A stretch of 64,000 nucleotides of DNA from Rhizaria sp. SCN 62-66 (Eukaryota). The stretch is taken from the NCBI GenBank assembly GCA_001724265.1, contig MEDY01000126.1:1-64000 (forward strand), in the 5' to 3' direction. The position numbers and the translations under genes are program-made. How positions within the stretch are numbered: the stretch's first letter is position 1; every line of letters starts with the position of its first letter. Positions 60,520 to 64,000 of the stretch are shown here, piece by piece. Below the pieces are notes generated by a model. That model did not search any database. It was not told where the DNA came from and worked only from the letters and a program-made list of their open reading frames with translations.

Positions 60520-61050
60520 GGGGAGCACGGGGCGGCTTCAAAGCCCAGAGCTGTTGTGGGGGGAAGACACGAAGAAGGCGACGCTCGTGCTGCTTTGCAA
60601 GAGGGTTTGTGGCGTCCCGAAGAGACCTGAAGAGCTACGATTAAAAATAAAGACGAGAAAAGATAATGAGAACAGCAGAGTGCCATCGGATATGCACGCT
60701 TTTGATTGTTTCGGCGACCTTGAGACGTCTGGAGTTCGACCGTTGCCCTCCGTCCGTTCCAGCCTCCCGCTCGTGGTTTGCAGGCTGGCCGACCGAGAGG
60801 GGACTGTGGGTCCCGGTCCAGGGAGCTGGATACCTAACTTCACGCTTCTCCAGCACCCTCGTTTCATTGTCAGTGATGCTGTAACTATTTTCCACATTAG
60901 CAAATGCGCTTATCATTAGGCCCCTTTATTTGCGGCACCAGAAAGTCGTGACGATCCCCTTCGAATCCGTGCTGCTTTAACCACGACTCTCGCATTGCGT
61001 TTCCACTCACGATCTTCCTTTCTCTTTGCTCTTTGCACACCCTCTAGGCG

Positions 61051-64000
61051 ATGGGCAACGTCGATAGCTCGTCGTTTCCCTACACCATCGGCAGTGAGGT
61101 GCCTACTTACCGCTCTGGCAAGTCCTACTGGACTATGTTTGAGGGTACAGACAAGGTTCGTTGTCTCTCCTCTCAACTTCGCTTTGCTCGTCAGCAAAGC
61201 GCTACCCTCTCTTTGCAACAGCCCTTGTGTTCTTTAATATTCTTCATTTTAACTAGTTTTCCACTATATTGAGCTTTAACATGTGTTATATCATTAATTT
61301 AAAGATTTGCGACGATAGACCGAACTCTTGCTGCCTATATTCCCCCTCGTATCCACGCTCACACCTTCACGTACCCCCTCCTTGCCCTTCGCTATCTCTT
61401 CTGTCTTCTGTCCACTATAACGACAATAACAACACACTACAGGCTACCAACGCGCCGGTGACGATTTTTAGCCTCGACAAAGAAGCCTTCAGCAACCGCG
61501 TTGAGCCCGCCAAAAACGCTCTTTCGGTACTCAAAACCCTCCGACACCCCGGTGTCATTAAGTTTATCACTGCCGTCGAGCTCCCTGGTCACATCCACCT
61601 CGTCACGGAGCGCGTCACACCTCTCAACATCCCGTTCTGCCCGCCGCCCGACGACGCCGGCGACGCCGACACCGCGGGCCTCACCGCGAGCGGCGGGATT
61701 AGCGCCGAGTCGCTCGCCGCCGCCGCCGCCGGTCCACGCCGCGCTGGCTCTGGCACTGGGACCGGGGGGTCGACCACGGCGGTGGCTGGCGGCGCCTCGC
61801 TCGACTTGGGTCCTCACGCACAGCCCTCCTCCTCCCCGGACTCTCTCTCTGCGTTGATCGTGCTTGGAGTCTACCAGCTCACGTCAGCGCTAGTTTTCCT
61901 CTCGGACTGCGGCATTGTCCACGGCAACATCAACCCTGGCACGGTGTTTGTCGCTGAAAACGGCGATTGGAAGCTCGGCGGCTTCGATCTCGCGTTCAAA
62001 GTCCCGCAAACGACCGTTGGCACCCCCACGAGTTCCGGTGGCGCAGGCGGCGTGGGTGCCTCCCAGGTCCGCGCCGTTCCGCCGCTCACGCGCCAGTCGT
62101 GGTCGGTCCAAGTTGAAGCCTTTGCGCCACCAGAGTTCCGCTCGCAGCGCTGGGCCGAGACCGAGGCCGCGCCTGTGTACGCCACCGACGTCTACGCTCT
62201 CGGCGTGCTGATTAAAGAGCTGTATACGAAGACTGCGAAGCCGCTCAATAGCACGGCCGGGCTTGCGGGCGCTGGGGCTGGCTCCCCCGCCGCCGTCCCC
62301 GCGGCGCTTGCCACTGTCCAGCAACAGCTGACCTCGTCCTCTGCGTCATCGCGTCCGTCGCCAGCGTCTGTACTACAGTGTCCTTTCTTCTACACGCCGC
62401 TCATCAGCTCGATCACTTTCCTGGACCGGTTGATGGTGCAGAGCGCTGAGGAGAAAGTGCGCTTTTACAAGTCTCTCCCCACGGTGGCCGCGTCTTTTCC
62501 GCTCTGCGCTCTGCGTGACCGTGTCGTCCCAGACTTGATCACGGCGCTCGAGTACTCGGGTGCTTCGGACGCCCCTTTCCCGTCTCTGTTGGCGTGCGTG
62601 CTCAACGTCTCCAAGATGTGCCTGACGCCTGCAGTGTATGCGAAGCGCATTTTGCCGATCATCACGCGGCTGTTCAAGGCGACGGAGCGCGCGGTGCGAG
62701 TGCATTTGCTGCAGCACGTCTCGTCGTACGCACCGTTCCTTTCCTCCAACACCATCGACACCGAGGTACTGCCGCAGGTGCTCACGGGTTTCCGCGACAC
62801 GCACCCGCTGGTACGCGACCTCACCGTCCGCGCATTACCGTACTTGGCAGAATACTTATCCCCAGACGCCGTCGAGCAGCGCATCTTGCCTCCCCTTGCC
62901 GCGCTGCAAGCAGACCCGTCGCCCGATCTCCGCGCTGTGACCGTGGGGTGCATCGCGCAAGTGGCGCGCGCTCTGCCCCGCGGAGCGCAGGAGCGCGTGC
63001 TGCTGCCCGTCTTCTCCCGCGGGCTCCGCGACACGCACGCGCCCACGCGCCTCGCCTGTATCGCCGGTCTGTTGGCGACCCTTGACGTCTACAGCGCCGA
63101 AGTCTGTGCCCGCAAGATCATGCCTTACACTGTGCCGTACACTCTCGACGGGGTTCCCGCAGTGCGCCGGGCCGCGCTCAACCTCGCCGAGGGGCTTTTG
63201 ACCCGTGTGCGTGCCAAGGTCGAGCAGCTGGGCGAGAGTGAGGACGTCACCGCGACTGGCGGCGCTGCTGGTGGCACGCTCAATGCTAATGCAGTCACGG
63301 TTTCTGCGTCGGCTGCTGCCCCCGCGGCGGCTGCGGCGGCAGCGGGACAGCAAAGCGGTGGCGGCGGGTCAAGCGGGACTGATGTTGCGGCGTCTGCCCT
63401 GACGGTGGCTTCGTCGTATTTGGGCTCTGTGGGCGCGTGGGCCGCGTCCACGGTCAGCAGCCGCGTGACGACGGCAGTCCAGGCCGCGCTAGTCAGCGGC
63501 ATGCCTGCCGCCGCCGCCGCGCAGCAGCAACAGCAGCAGCAGCAGGCGAAATCAACCGGTTTCGCGGCGAACGGCGCGAACAGTGCCAACAGCTACGGAA
63601 GCGGCAGCGGCAGCAGTATGAGCAGTGGCGTCGGCATTGGAGGCAGCAACACGAGCTACGCAGCTGCCGCGTCCCGGCCCTCTGGCCCCGCCCCCGCCTC
63701 CTCTGGCCTTGGCGGTAGTGTCGCGTTTCATACTCCCTCAGTGTCGTCATCAAGCTCGAGCTCGAGGCCTCATAACAACGATATGAGTGGGTTTTTCGAC
63801 TCTGCGCCTGCCGGCAAGCCCGCCGCTGCCGCAACGACCAAGGGAAGCGCTAACAGTGGGTTTGGCATGAGCGGCGCGTCCGATGTGCCTGACTCTGCGT
63901 TTCCGGACTGGGGGGACGACTTCGGTGTCGCAGCCGCTTCTTCCACCTCAAACGCTCAGAAGAGCAAAACCAACGCGAATACCAACGCATTCGAAGCCAT
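61051..64000 (+). CDS. SCY1-like pseudokinase (SCYL1/SCYL3/CEX1 family), 3' partial; exons 61051-61155, 61443->64000
   Basis: MGN start (myristoylation-type), FPYTIG, W..FEGT.K, LKTLRHPGVIKF, LVTERVTPL and VHGNINPGTVFVAENGDWKLGGFD, followed by HEAT repeats. It is missing from the ORF track because there is no stop in the window. Confidence 0.9.

Noticed and set aside
1..64000. Prokaryotic features (CRISPR array, operons, defence systems)
   Set aside because: Spliceosomal introns and eukaryote-specific genes occur throughout, and I saw no regularly spaced repeat-spacer array.

Overview
Eukaryotic genomic DNA from a flagellated protist, not a prokaryote. It has GC-rich exons, AT-richer GT-AG introns of about 100-270 nt, short intergenic spacers and several head-to-head gene pairs. 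The first ~6.6 kb looks like a decaying, transposon-associated zone: a TGT...ACA element with 26-bp TIRs and a 5-bp target-site duplication, the end of a related copy, an unknown ORF broken by in-frame TAGs, and a truncated, internally deleted type IIC P-type ATPase. The rest holds intact genes: an MFS sugar porter, TRAPPC1/BET5, DRC7, SRPRA, a kinesin-2 subunit, a probable mitochondrial membrane protein, clathrin light chain, DNAAF6/PIH1D3, a PAK1IP1/MAK11-like WD40 protein with an RGG tail, SEC13 and a SCYL-family pseudokinase that runs off the window. There are also three very long intronless low-complexity ORFs (4750, 2048 and 1447 aa); the largest ends in a CaaX box. Signals the ORF track does not show include a box C/D snoRNA (snR64/SNORD74-like) in the intron of an apparently non-coding host gene, and 5' splice sites that almost always have C, and never A, at +4. 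All identifications come from motif recognition by eye; no searches were run.
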